A stretch of 64,000 nt of DNA from Okamejei kenojei (lineage: Eukaryota): positions 32,550,001-32,614,000 of the forward strand of contig CM069153.1 of NCBI GenBank assembly GCA_035221665.1, given 5' to 3'. Positions 38,430 to 51,204 of this stretch are shown in pieces. A program made the translations under genes and the position numbers. Within the stretch, counting starts at the first letter, position 1, and each line of letters starts with the position of its first letter. Below the pieces are notes generated by a model, which was not told the origin of the DNA, made no database searches, and saw nothing but the letters and a program-made list of their open reading frames with translations.

Positions 38430-39070
38430 TTAGTTAGTTAGTTAGTTCCTCCCACACTGTTGAGTGCATTGGGCAGCAAGCTTTCGTCATTCTGTTCGGT
38501 TATGTGCAACGTCTTCCACCCTCGATAAGTTAGCGTCCCGGGCTTCCAAATCCTTCTGGAATGTTTGCATCCATGTGAGGTTTGCTCGGCCTCTTTTCCT
38601 TCTTCTGTCAGTTTGCCATGACATTGCTATCTTAGGTGCACATTCTGGTGACATTCTGAGTACATGTCCTGCAGATTTCATCCTGCGTCCCTCTACGTCC
38701 TGGCCGAGAGGCTTTGTTGCAGTTTCCCGGTAGATCTCCTCGTTTGTGATGTGGTCTCTGTAGCTAATCTTCAGGATCTTCCTCAAGCAACATTGGTGGA
38801 ATACATCCAATTTCTTTTTTCATCTTCACATTGATTCTCCATATCTCACTGGCATAGAGGGCTGCAGGGAGGACTACGGACTGGAAGAGTTTGACATTTA
38901 GCATCTTGGATATCCCGCCACCAGACCATATTGGCTGTATTCGTCTGAAGACTGATGCAGCTTTACCAATTCGGGAGTTGATGTCGACTTCTACATCTCC
39001 ATCTACTGTGAACATGCTGCCAAGATAGGTAAATCTTGTAGCATTTCCCACAGGTTCCCCATTGAATGTA
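38430..39070 (-). mobile_element. RTE-clade LINE 3' fragment
   Basis: FTYLGS...DINSRIGKAASVF...LYASEIW and DVFHQCCLRKILKISYRDHITNEEI...GHVLRM with one frameshift; (aact)n tail. Confidence 0.9.
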
Positions 39071-39689
39071 CACACTTTAAAATAAGTGATAAGCGAAGGG
39101 GAGAATAGCAGTAATTTAAATGTATATACTGTCTATAGTACTGTAAGTAACCCTGCAATTGGAGTGATTCAGAAGGCTGACGTTAAGTGAGTCAGTGTGA
39201 AGTTTGTACGTTCTGTGTACATTTCCTCTGTGTTCTCTGGTTTCATGTGGATTAGCAGGCTCATTAAATGCTGTAAATTAGTGGAGATAGGTGGGAAGAG
39301 AATGGGGGGGGGGGGTTATGGGCAAGAGCAAGGGAGCGCAAGCATCGGTTGCAGAGATATAATTAAGGTGATGCGTATAATGACATTGCTAAGAGCCAGC
39401 AGAGACCTGATGGGTCAAACGACCTTGGTGTTGTAACGAATTATGGGAAAAAGAGACCTGCGGAGTTAATACCAAATCAGAAAGTTTTTACGAATTGGGG
39501 CTAGGGTGGAAGCTGTTTTAGGAATTAGGAATGGAGTCTCTATTCCATTATCGATAAAGGGACTTTTTTGGCCAAAGGGGCATTGTAGAAAGAGGAGAGA
39601 ATGGAGAAGAGACCTGTGGAGTTAATGCTGAACCACCTGCAGTTTACTTTAACAGACTTTATGGAAAATTAATGCAAGCTTATTAAATG

Positions 39690-40330
39690 TACCCAGAGCA
39701 CTCTGAAAGAGGCGGGAAAGACAAAGAACACAGCAGGATATTGGCAGGACTTAAATCAGTTATGAGATTGACAAAACAAATGGTGAATTGAATTTAACAC
39801 TGAGAAACAGAAAGCCTTGCACCTTAATTAGATATATTTGCATAAGCATGCAAAGACAGACGCTGAGGCAGAGAAAACCGAGAACGCTATCTAACAACGT
39901 CCAGACTACATGGCAAAGTAATTGAAGATGCTAATCAAATCTGGAGGTGGTGTGCTGGAACAGCAGAATGCAAATCTTCTAAGATCTATTAGCTGTTTTA
40001 AATAGTGGACAGATCAGTCTACTGAGGTTCTGGACTCCATACCACAGGAAATCAACGTGCTCAGGAGAGGGTACACAGGACCATGAAGACGATTAAAGGA
40101 GATTCAAAGATTAGAGATGGAAAGAAGTTATTCCCAAGGTATACAAAGTGGGAAATTAAGAAGGGTGTGGTTAATGAAATTCACCACTCTCTCATGTTGG
40201 TGTTCAGGAAAAACGAGGAAATTTAATTTTCGATTGCATTTCGCAGGGATCAGAAATTATCCTGATCTTAAAAGCTTCAGCACAGAATCTGCGCAGCCAT
40301 ATTCCGTATAGGACTGAGGAATCGCTGCAA
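39690..40330 (+). mobile_element. Highly degraded CR1 fragment
   Basis: Remnants such as gaatttaacactgagaaa and ttctggactccataccacaggaa. Confidence 0.5.
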
Positions 40331-40471
40331 TGTCAGTGCTCCCTTCATCAGGTGAACAGTTAAATCAATATCCCGTGTAGGAAAGAACTGCAGATGCCGA
40401 TTTAAATCGAAGGTAGACACAAAATGCTGGAGTAACTCAGTGGGACAGGCACCATCTCCAGAGAGAAGGAA

Positions 40472-40508
40472 TGGGTGACGTTTCGGGTCGAGACCCTTCT
40501 TCAGACTG
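40472..40508 (-). ncRNA. Minimal type-I hammerhead-ribozyme-like motif in Penelope terminal repeat
   Basis: cagu CUGAAGA a GGGUC uc GACCC GAAA c GUC accc: conserved boxes, 5-bp stem II, palindromic ACGU stem III; stem I is very short. Confidence 0.6.
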
Positions 40509-40770
40509 ATGTCAGGGGAGTGTGTGGGATAGAGATAGAATGTCGTCGGAGACAGTAAGACTGGTGGGAGAACTGGGAAGGGGGAGGAGACGGAGAGAGA
40601 GGGAAAGCAAGGGCTATTTGAAGTTGGAGAAGTCAATGTTCATACCGCTGGGGTGTAAGCTACCCAAGCTAAATATCAGGTGCTGTTCCTCCAATTTGCA
40701 CTGGGTCTCACTCTGACAATGGAGGAGGCCCAGGATAGAAAGGTCAGATTTGGAATGGGAGGGGGAGTTA

Positions 40771-41606
40771 AGGGGCTGTCCCACTTGGGCGACCTAATCC
40801 GCGAGTTCTGGCCAGTTTGCCCTTGACTCATACTTGCAGCATGGTCGACACGAGGTCGTAGGACGTCTTTGTAACTTTCCTTCATGCTCGAGAGCAGTCC
40901 CCGTGTACTCGAGGCCTCAGCTAGGTCGCGGCGTATTTTTCAACATGTTGAAAAATGCCCGCGAGTAAAAAAAGGTCGCCATGGAAAAACAAAAAACAAA
41001 AAAATCGATACTTTTTTTACTCGTATGTTTAGTCGTAGTAGGTCGGCATGTTAATCGTAGGTAATCGAGGGTAGTCGAAGATAATCTTCATCGTAGTCGG
41101 AGGTCGAAAGGAGGTCGTCTTCACTCACCACTATTCGGTGTCCAATTTTCCCGAAGTTAGTCGTAGCTAGTCTTCAACATAGTCGAAGGAGGTCTTCAAC
41201 ATGACATTTTTTCAAAAGGGGCTGTCCCACTTGGGCGACCTAATTGGCGAGTTTAGAAGAGTTTAGGAGGGTTTGGAAAAATGACATGTTGAAGACCTCC
41301 TGCGACTAGCTACGACTAACTTGGGGGAAAATTGGACACTGAACAGTGGAGAGTGAAGATGACCTCCTCCGATCTCCTTCGACTATGATGAAGACGATCT
41401 ACGACTACCTTCGACTACCCTCGATTACCCACGAATAACACGACTATCTACTACGACTAAACCTACGAGTAAATAAAGTATCGATTTTTTTCCACGGTAA
41501 CCTTTTTTTACTCGCGGGCATTTTTGTAACATATTGAAAAAAATGCCGCGACCTAGCTGAGGCTTCGAGCATGAAAGAGTTACGAAGACCTCCTGCGACC
41601 TCGTGT
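40771..41606. mobile_element. Two truncated Harbinger-like MITE copies in opposite orientation forming a long inverted repeat
   Basis: TIR aggggctgtcccacttgggcgacctaat at 40771 (after TTA) and at 41217; 40848-41216 is the approximate reverse complement of 41272-41606. Confidence 0.85.
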
Positions 41607-42294
41607 AAGAGTAAGAGTGGAGCTGCAGGATATCAAGGAGACCTTAGTGAGAGCCTCATCTATAATGGAAGAGGGGAACCCCCGTTTCCTGAAGAATGAT
41701 GACATCTCCGATGATCTCGTATGGAAAACCTCAACCTGGGTGCAGATGCAGCATAGACGGAGGAATTGGAAGTAGGGTGATAGAGTCTTTTTAACCTGTC
41801 AGGCATACTTCCCCAGTTCAACAAACATCGCTAACACAAATCTGTTCACTTTCACGCTGATTCTTGTGGAAAATCAATGTGAAAAGTTGCCTTTCACATT
41901 ATCAGAACTGCTACCCTTCAAGCACCCAAGGCAGGGCCACATACCCTTTCCTCATAAGGAATTCAAGAGGTACTGCCTGCTACACATCTGCTGTTGCCCA
42001 AACACCAATTTCTCCCCAAAGTTAATTCTTTACTTGACTCGGGGTAAAATGTCAACTTCACTCAGTTGAGTTCCGACAGGCAGCATTTACTATTGTACCA
42101 TCATGGAAGAGGCAAAACCTAAACATCACCAAAAAAGCATTTTAGAAGACCGGGCTCAAACGGAAGAAGGCTCAACCAGTCAAGTGACATTTTAGAAAAT
42201 CACAACCTTTATAATTTGATCAATATTTACAATTTGATCAATATTCCAGGCTACAAGATTGCTAGTTCAAATCCCGTTTAGAGCTTTCCATATT

Positions 42295-42630
42295 GTTGAC
42301 AGTCCTACTGAGGGAGAGGTGGGATTTTAGAAGTTGCATTAAACCAAGCCTCCATCTGCTGCAAAACTAAATTAACTCCTGGCATAGTTTTGATGACAAA
42401 CAAGAGAGTTAACCCCTATGGCCCATCCAGCACTGACCCTGCTCACCGGTCCTCAATCATCATTGAATATTGATAACCTGATCTTCCTCACATAGTTGTG
42501 CGCAAGTCATTGCTGACCACCTCCCTTTCTCCATTATAAAATTGACACTACTTCTACAGTGATGTATACTGCAAGGTATTTTGGACCAATCAGGATTGGG
42601 TTCTGAATAGTGCCACGTGATACAAGCAAT
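42295..42630 (+). mobile_element. DeuSINE (SacSINE1-like) relic
   Basis: gtcctactgagggag...ttaaaccaagcctccatctgc...ttgtgcgcaag in the order of the remembered consensus. Confidence 0.5.
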
Positions 42631-43109
42631 TATTTATCTCTATCAGGAAACTCAGTGGTAACCGGCTGATCCACACTCACTTATTGATTACGCATTAGCC
42701 AAGCGTGTCACAGCCGTGGCATACATTGATCACTGAATGGCCAGCAGAATGGTCAGGGCCAAGCAGCTGCCAATACCTCTATGGACTAATCAAGACCTTC
42801 CAATCATCACCAACTTCCCCCACCTGCTTCATTCCACAGGGATACAGCAAACAGCCCAAGATTGAAAGAGTGAGCAGTGAAATACTCAGGATTCACAGTA
42901 TGCACTCAATGCGTGGGACCCATGCACTGAAACATGAGGCTACATCAATGAAGCCAGAACATTCCTGCCTCCAGTTAGTCATCTTCCCCCACCACCAATC
43001 TTAAAACATTGCCCCAGTCAGTACCTGTAGTATCCAGCCACAGAGAAGGTGCAAATCAAAGAAAGATTACTGGGACCTCAACAAAGTTAAATTGTGGGAG
43101 ACTGGGAAT

Positions 43110-43345
43110 ACATCCTCGGCTTGCAAGAGGTCCATTCAAGAGTCCGACAACAGTGAGGAGGTAGCTGTCCTTCAAACTGGTGCTTTCATGCTTCTTCCCA
43201 ACAAGAGAGGGAAGAACAGGGAATAACGGGGGTATGAATGGTTCTCAATAGTGCTGGCTGCTCTTCCGGGGCAGTGTGAAGTGTAGATAGAGGCGGCGGA
43301 TGGAAAGAAGGCTGGTTTGTGTGATTGACTAGATACAGAAGCAAC
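43110..43345 (-). mobile_element. Old Rex1 fragment
   Basis: IYTSHCPGRAASTIENHSYPRYSLFFPLLLGRSMKA. Confidence 0.7.
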
Positions 43346-43379
43346 GCAGAAAGGGTAAATTTTTGACAACAGGCTCTTA

Positions 43380-44450
43380 TATTCATATCTAAAAGGCTCC
43401 GAACACACAATTATATCTGCTTCCACCATCATCCTTGGCAGCAAATTCCGGACGCTTACCACTCTCTCTGTAAAACGTTTGCCCTATACATTCCCATTAA
43501 TCTTTTCCCCTCTTACCTTGAAACTACGTCCTCCGGTATTTGACATTTACACCATGGGAAAACGACGCTGCCGCTCAAATTACAAACTTCAATCACGGCC
43601 CCCCTCAGCCTCTGATGCTCCAGAGAGAGAAAACACACAACCCAAGTCTGTCCATCATCCATCTCCTTTCAGCGAATGCTCTCTAATCCAGGCAGCATTC
43701 TGCTAAACCTCTTCAGGGCGCAGGGCGCACAGCATCGCCAGGGACAGCTCACACCCCCAACCATAGACTGTTTACCCTCCTCCCATCCGGGAGACGCTAC
43801 AGGTCCCTCCGCTGCCGGACCAGCAGGCTCAAGAACAGCTTCTTCCCTGCGGCAGTCACACTTCTCAACACTGCACCTCAATGACTGCCTGTCTCCACCC
43901 CTCACATCCCCCCCCCGACTATCCAATCACCAGCAAATTGCACGGATACCACTGTATATATGTATATACTCATACTACTGCGCAATTACTTGTTTATTCG
44001 TAAGTTCGCCCTTCGGAGATACCAACTGCATTTCGTTGTCTCTGTATTGTACACTGCACAATGACAATTAAAGATTGAATTGAATTGAATTAAAATCCAA
44101 AGACTATTCCTCCACCCATATCTGTAACTGATCTATATCTTGCTGTATCTTTTAACAACCTTCGTCACTGTTGCAACTCCTCCAATCTGTATCATCTGCA
44201 ACTACATTTTCATCAAACTTTTTATACATCGCGAACGAGGTCCCAACAGAGATTCCTGCAGAATGCTATTGGTCACAGGCCTCCAGCTACAACACCCTTC
44301 CCTCTGTCTTCGATGGGCAAGTCAGTTCTGAATCCAAACTACCAAGTCAATGTGGATCCCGAGCATCTTAACTTCTCATGAATAATCTTGTCAAATACCT
44401 TAGTGTACATGCAGACAACATCCATAGCCGCAACCGCATTAACCACCTTC
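43380..44450 (-). mobile_element. CR1 fragments interrupted by a Rex1 insertion
   Basis: CR1 motifs at 43380-43714 and 44095-44450 (AMDVVCMYTKVFDKIIHEKL). Confidence 0.7.
43715..44092 (+). mobile_element. Rex1/Babar LINE 3' end
   Basis: SIARDSSHPNHRLFTLLPSGRRYRSLRCRTSRLKNSFFPAAVTLLN; atgacaattaaa + (ttgaa)n tail. Confidence 0.88.
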
Positions 44451-44832
44451 ATTAACAAATTTGTAGAAGTGGCATTTGGGCATGAGCTGCCCATCATTGT
44501 TGTTCTGGAAAGGAGAAAAATCATGGACGCAAGAAACCATGAAGTACCATGGCAATCAGTTTTCCCAAAACAAACAAGACAGATTTATCATCCTCTGCAG
44601 ATGAATTACATACCCATCATCAATCCAGCTGACACGTTGAACCGTTTCATTAACTTCAAGGCTGCTAGCCTTCACTGAAAGAACACGAACTGTAGCCTTC
44701 CACTTAGAAATGCACAACTCCGACGTGAATGAATGCAGCAGGTTGAGAACGTAATAGAGGGGGAACAGGAAGCTGATCAACTAGATAATGGCTGCTCTAC
44801 ATCTTATCTCCACCCGCTCCCCTCAAACTCAA

Positions 44833-45745
44833 AATCATAGAATATAGAACAGTGTACACCAAAATGCATGTGCCAAACATGACGCCAGCCCTTATCTACC
44901 TGCACGCAGACTATATTTCACCATGCCCAGCATATCCTATGCCTATCCAAAAATCTCTTAAATGCCACCATCATATCTGCCTGCACCACGACAGTGCCAG
45001 ACGGGCACTGACTATCCTCTGAGTAAAAAAAAAAACTTGGCATACACATATCTTTTAAACTTTGCCCCTCTCACCTTAAATTCCCTCTAGTATTTTATAT
45101 TTCCATTCTGGCAAGAGTGTTCTGACTGTCTGCCTCTCATAATTATATACACGTCTATATGGTCTTTCCCGCAGCCACCAGCGTTCCAGAGAAAACAATC
45201 CAAGCCTGTAAAACCTCTTCCAGCAGCCAATCGCCCTAATCCAGACATCATCCTGGTAAACCTCCTCTGTACCCTTTAAAAAATCTCCACATACTTCCTG
45301 TCATGGGCATCCAGAAGTGCACACAGCGCTCCAAACGCTGCTTAGCCAAAGTCTACAAAGCTGTACCATGACTTCTGAACTCTTATCCTCAACGCTACGA
45401 CCAATGAAGGCAAGTGTACCATAGGCCTTTATTTTTTTTTTATTTTTTTTAAATCGCCATCCAGTTCCATGGACAGATTCCAAGATCCATCTATATATTA
45501 GTGCTATTAAAGGCTATGCCATTAATGGTATATTTTCCCTTTTCATCGGGTTAAACTCCATCTGCCATTTCTGTCGCTAATCTATATCCCACTGTACAGT
45601 TCAACAGCTTTCCTTACAGCCCCGACTCCAGCAAACCCATTAACCAATCCATCCCTGTTAATGTCCGTGTCATTTATGTACAATTACAAAGAGCAGAGGG
45701 AACGACACAGATGCCTGTAGAACACCACTGGTCACAAACCTCCAC
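44833..45745 (-). mobile_element. CR1 3' fragment
   Basis: KAYGTLAFIGRSVEDKSSEVMVQL; tail atcatagaatatagaa. Confidence 0.8.
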
Positions 45746-45749
45746 TGTA

Positions 45750-46020
45750 CAAAACTTAAAGGGTGGCCCATTTAAGACAGATAAAGCAATTTATTTTTCC
45801 CTCTCTGATGCAGAAAGTCTTCCCCGTTGTGGAAGGAGTGGCTGAATATTCTTATGAAAGAGAAAGAAGAACATATATCTCTGGTAAACAAAGGGTCGGG
45901 GGACGGTCAAAATGTACCAGGTGTAGGGGAGAATATGGAATAGTGGTTGCAATCTGATCGGCTGTGATGTTATTGAATAGCACTGCAGACTTGAAGGGCC
46001 AAGTGGTGACTCGTGCTAAC
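45750..46020 (+). mobile_element. Old CR1 3' end
   Basis: ccatttaagacagataaagcaatttatttt...gacttgaagggccaagtgg. Confidence 0.6.
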
Positions 46021-48369
46021 TTGTACATTCATACGGGGTTTGCCCATTAATAATCTTGTCCACGAAAAAACATTCAGTTTTATAATTATCAACTGGCTTG
46101 CCTGAACAACTATCTGAGGGGGGGGCGGGGTTCAGAATTTCAAAAATATTTGACTAATTTAATCTGGCCTTCTGTCCGAGGTCACTCTCCACAATGCCAT
46201 TTAGCGACCCTGGGTAAAAGGATTTAGAATCTCATCTGAAAGAAACATCAGTCTGAAGGACGACTTTCTTTCTTTTGGGATTAATCCAATGCATAAATCT
46301 AGAAAATTAAATATTTAGCTCTCCAAGACAGCGGCTCTCCATATTAGAACAGGATGACAGCCCTTCTATTTAATCCCCAATGTGATCTCCTGCCATTTTG
46401 ATTAAATGAGTTGCTAAAAGGCGGTGCCATTTGGCAATGCAGGTAAAACGCAGTCACTCCAGTAACCCGATGTGGCTTTGAACAGGAAAACGGCTCAAAG
46501 AGCTGTCAGCTGCAAGAAATAGACAGAGGCCTACAATGCATATTCCCACTTCCCTGCAAGCGTTGGGTTCTTGGGCTCATTTTACGGAACTGTGGGCACA
46601 CAAGGGCCAGGAACAGGAACCGGCCACTCAAACGCGTCCCACCCACGACTGAAACATAGCCGAACTTTGATGGCAAGAGTGTTTATTGTCATATGCACCA
46701 GGACCAGAACAATGAAATTGTTTCTTGCTGCAGCTTTTATAAGTACATTAGACACAATACTACAAATGTACAATAAACAATAATACAATAAATTATCAGT
46801 TACAGTTGGTAACCAGGCCATAACATGCCACTTTATTGCCTTTTCCCATGGCCCTAGTTTCAGGTTGATGCCTGGATCTCTTCTCAGACATGGTTACCCA
46901 TTTACTGACCTACGGGATGGCAAATTCCAAAGAATCGCAGCCTCCGAGTGAAGAGATTTCTTGTCTCACTCTGAACTGGCCAATGTCTAAACCCAAGACT
47001 GTAGCCTTAATTTTAGAGCTTCCTGTGATTTCACTCCAAAGCATTTTGTTTATTACTTTGCGGCATCCTGATGGGAGTTCCCAACGGACTCTGACACCGC
47101 AATCAAACAAAGGTAATGACATTGTCATTGATGTGGAACACTTGCCATTGTGGCCCTACAAATGCTACCAAGAGGGAGGAGGGGAGAAAATGCACATCCC
47201 AAAGATACTGTCCCACCCTCCCGAGTACCCGTGACTAGGGCAGAATAGACTGGGTGACACCTGCCATGTGAGCAATACTCCTCCTCTGCTGGTAGTGCAG
47301 GGGTACGCACAAACCCATTACAAAATTGATGTGCCCAACAAAAGTCTCACCTCATTCCAATACTAAAATCTCTCCATGAGCTCTCGGTCGTATTGCTTGT
47401 GAAGTGCAGTTGCAAATTGCAGTTGTTCAAATTTGCTTCCCTCAAAGGAGCATGCCCTCATTCATAGTGATAAAACCAGGGAGCAGCAAACCCTAAAAAA
47501 TAAATGAGAATCTGACCTGTATTCTTGCTGAAAGGATGGGATTACATGGACGTGGTTTCAGATCAGGCCGTTGTTACAGCCAGAGGCTCAGCCAAAAGAT
47601 AGTGCGGTCTGTCAAAGGCTACCCTCCTCTTGCCCCTCACACCCCCACCCTCTCCCTCATAGGCTATGTTTCTGTTTACTATGCCTGGCGCCAAAAGCAG
47701 TGCTGACAAACCTAAAGGCCACTGTGCATTGCTAGTCTTAACCTTGGCATTGGGGAGGGCTCAGGGTCTTATTGCTGCTGCTGGCATTGGGAGCCAGACC
47801 TTCACATATTTGGAACAGCCACAGCTGCAACATAATCCATTGAAAGAGGCCTTCCATATAAATGGATTATTTGTCAAACTGCTTCACACCCAGAGGCTGA
47901 ATGGAACGCGGGCCAGGTGGGAGCAGATCACCAGAGGGTTCCGCTTTAAAAGAGGAGGCCAACGGCTCAATAATCAATGCTCGTTCTTTTGTTCAGGGAA
48001 TGATCTATTCTCACCCCCACCTCTTCCATGATAAAAGGGCTCATGGCTCAGGTCAACATGCCTGCAGAGCTACTCTCAAGAGACTGGATCCCAGACCACC
48101 AGACGAGCCCAAGGCACAGTTGTTGCTCCTGGTGGGTCTGCATGGAAAATGCTGAGACTATCTCCATCTGCTTGAAAGCAAAATCCCCCAAAGATCTTAC
48201 CAGCCCAATGTTTCCTTCTGGTAAGCTGCATCCAAATATATTCTGGACACATTTTTCTCTTTAGCAGGGTAATTTTTTCTGCCCATTGAGACTCTGCCCA
48301 TCCATCCCATTACTGTACATTTTTCCTGTAACCCTATGCTCTCACAAATGCCCATTAGTTTCCCTCCAG

Positions 48370-48705
48370 GGAAGCACGGTGGCGAAATGGTAGAGTTCCC
48401 TCCCAGTTGATAGTATTAGTGTACAGGGATCACTGGTCGGCGCAGAGCCGAAGGGCATGTTTCCACAAGATATCTCTAAACTAATGTAAAAGAATTCTCC
48501 CACTACAGTAACTACTGACTTGAGGAAATTTACTGTGGCTAATTAGCCCTTGAGACATGCGAGGAAACTGCAGCACTTGGAGGAATCTCACGATAGTCAC
48601 AGGAAGAAAGCTCAAACTCCACACACACAGCACACGGAGATCATGATGAAACCTCTGTTGCTGGAGTTTTGAAGCAGCAACACTACCTGCTATGTTACGG
48701 TGTCA
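48370..48705. mobile_element. Two V-SINE remnants (48370-48485 plus, internally deleted; 48530-48705 minus)
   Basis: gcacggtggcgaaatggtagagtt head joined to the tail, then a reverse V-domain. Confidence 0.65.
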
Positions 48706-49950
48706 TCAGATGAACTGGAATCATAGACCAAGGCTACTTCAACCAGCATCCAGCTTCTGATGGTCTTATTTAACATTAAAAAACAGCACGACCAAAAACA
48801 AAATCTATGAGTTATAACATTTATGCAAATGTGATAGAAAATGTGGCTATGTCATCAGAATATTGTTGAGTTGATAGCTTGCGTTTAGGAAAATAACAAC
48901 ACATCTTCTGAATTTGGATTAATTAATGGAACGGGATAATATTCAACATATCTTTCACGTACAATAAGCAACCAGAGGGCAACGTGCAGACAACCAATTC
49001 CAAACATAATAAGGCAGCTGAAGCCCTCCTGGGACTCACTGCGTATATAAATAAAATATTTGTCCTTTTTATATCTGAATGTTTCTTTAATTGAATCCCT
49101 TGGTACCACACAAATGTTATTTAATGCATTTAAAAATCATTCAAACAAACTGATAAATGTCTATAATTACATGCCAGTGTTCAAGTCCAGAAGGGAGTTA
49201 TCCTGTGAATGCTGTTGGCTGGCCACTGAAATGGTCCCTCTCTCTCTCTCTCTATCCATACCTTTAATATATTTTCCAAATCATTTTCCCTTAACAAATG
49301 CCATGATTATTTCAACCACAGTGGTCACATCCACATTCTAATAGCCCTTCAATAATTAATTATACTTATCCTTTCCTTTGTGTTTCTAATACCAACCTTA
49401 ATGTGCATCGAAAATTTCACTATTTGTCCCTCTTTGTTTAACTCTTTCAAGCCCCTTGTTAATTCCCCATTCCCTAATTCCAGCCTGAATCCCGCCGCCA
49501 TGTCTCGACAAAATGTATCGCTGATATTATCTCACTGAGTCCTTGTTAATCCCTCATACTGCTGTTATCAACACAGCACTTAAATTCCAGAGGTTTGCAA
49601 CACTGGAAGCAGAATTCAGCCTCTCGCCTTCAACTGGAAGAATCAGAGTCTCTGGTCTTTTCCATTTTGAATTATTTTCTTTCTCAAACACTTCACCACA
49701 TCCATTTAAAAATAAAGCATTAGGCACCACCCCTCCCAATGTTTTTATTCCCCTTGCAGGGAAATTCCTTGATCAAAGGTTTCTCAAAAAGAACAAATTA
49801 ACTTCCAAGACCTCCCTATGTCACCATGTTCCTGGCAGCCAAGGTACTTTTGAAATAGAAAGAAATTGTAAAGATAGACAACAGTTGCCAACACTACATA
49901 TGGCAAGTCCAACAATCAATGGGACAAATGACCTTTGTTTTAAATCTTGG

Positions 49951-51204
49951 GTAGACAAAAAAGTTGGAGAAACTTAGCAGGTGTGGAAGCATCTATGGAG
50001 CAAAGGAAATATGCAACATTTCGGATCGAGACCCTTCTTCAGACTGATGTGAGGGTGGGGGGGAGCAGAAAGAAGAAAGGAAGAGGTGGAGACAGAGGGC
50101 TGAGGGAGAGGTGAGAAGGGGAGGAGAAAGTAGGGACTATCTGAAATTAGAGAAGTCAATGTTCATGCCGCTGGGGTGCAAACTGCCCAAGCAAAATATG
50201 AGGTGCTGCTCCTCTAATTTACGATATTCCTCACTCTGGCCATGGGGGAGGCAGAGGACAGAATGGTCAGATTCGGAATGGGAGGGGGAGTTGAACCACC
50301 GAGGGATCAGGTTGGTTGTTGCGAACCGAGCAGAGGTGTTCGGCGAAGCGATCGCCAAGCCTACGCTTGGTCTCACCGATGTTGAGCAGCGGACATCTGG
50401 AGCAACGGATGCCATAGATGAGGTTGGAGGAGGTGCAGGTGAACCTCTGCTGCACCTGGAAAGACTGCTTGGGTCCTTGAATGGAGTCAAGGGGGGAGGT
50501 AAAGTGACAAGTGTAGCATTTCCTGCAGTTGCAAGGGAAAGTGCCCGGAGAGGGGGTGGTTTGGGTGGGAAGTGACAAAATGACCAGGGAGTTACGGAGG
50601 GAACAGTCTCTGCGGAAAACAGACAGGGGAGGAGATGGGAAGATGTGGCAAGAGGTGGGATCATGTTGGAGGTGGCGAAAATGCCAGAGAATTATTTGTT
50701 GTACGTGACGGCTAGTGGGGTGGAAGGTAAGGACAAGGGGGACTCCGCCCTTGTTACGAGTGGGGGGAAGGGGATTGATAGCAGAGTCACGGGGTACAGA
50801 AGAAACCCTGGTGAGAGCCTCATCTATAGTAGAAGAGGGGAACCCCAGTTCCCTGAAGAATGAGGACATCTCCGATGCCCTGGTGTGGAACACCTCATCC
50901 TGGGTGCAGATGAGGCATAGACGGAGGAATTGGGAGTAGGGGATGGAGTCTTTACAGGAAGCAGGGTGGGAAGAAGTGTAGTCTAGATAGCCATGGGAGT
51001 CAGTGGGTTTGTAGTGGATGTCGGTCAGAAGTCTATCACCTGCGATGGAGATAGTGAGGTCTAGAAATGGTAGGGAAATGTCGGAAATGGTCCAGGTGTA
51101 TTTGAGAGCCGGATGGAAGTGAGTGGTGAAATGGATGACGTCAGTGAGTTGTGTGTGGGTGCAGGAGGTAGCACCAATGCAGTCGTCGATGTAGCAACTT
51201 AGAA
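49951..51204 (-). mobile_element. Penelope-like retroelement, 5'-truncated: RT C-terminal half + GIY-YIG endonuclease + terminal repeat
   Basis: Frame from ~51194 reads YIDDCIG...LPFLDL...HYKPTDSHGYLDYTSSHP...VPLVLTFHP...CNCRKCYTC...NLIYGIRCSRCPLLNIGETKRRLGDRFAEH; 17-bp direct repeats at 49934-49950 and 51205-51221. Confidence 0.93.

Larger units (their letters stand above)
40375..41790 (-). mobile_element. Penelope-like element (40375-40770, 41607-41790) disrupted by MITEs and a deletion
   Basis: Both parts align to the 49951-51204 copy; roughly 480 bp are missing at the MITE junction. Confidence 0.85.

Noticed and set aside
41030-41470. Short recurring gtcg/cgac words suggesting a CRISPR-like array
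   Set aside because: Irregular internal sub-repeats of the MITE, with no constant repeat-spacer periodicity, in a eukaryotic context.
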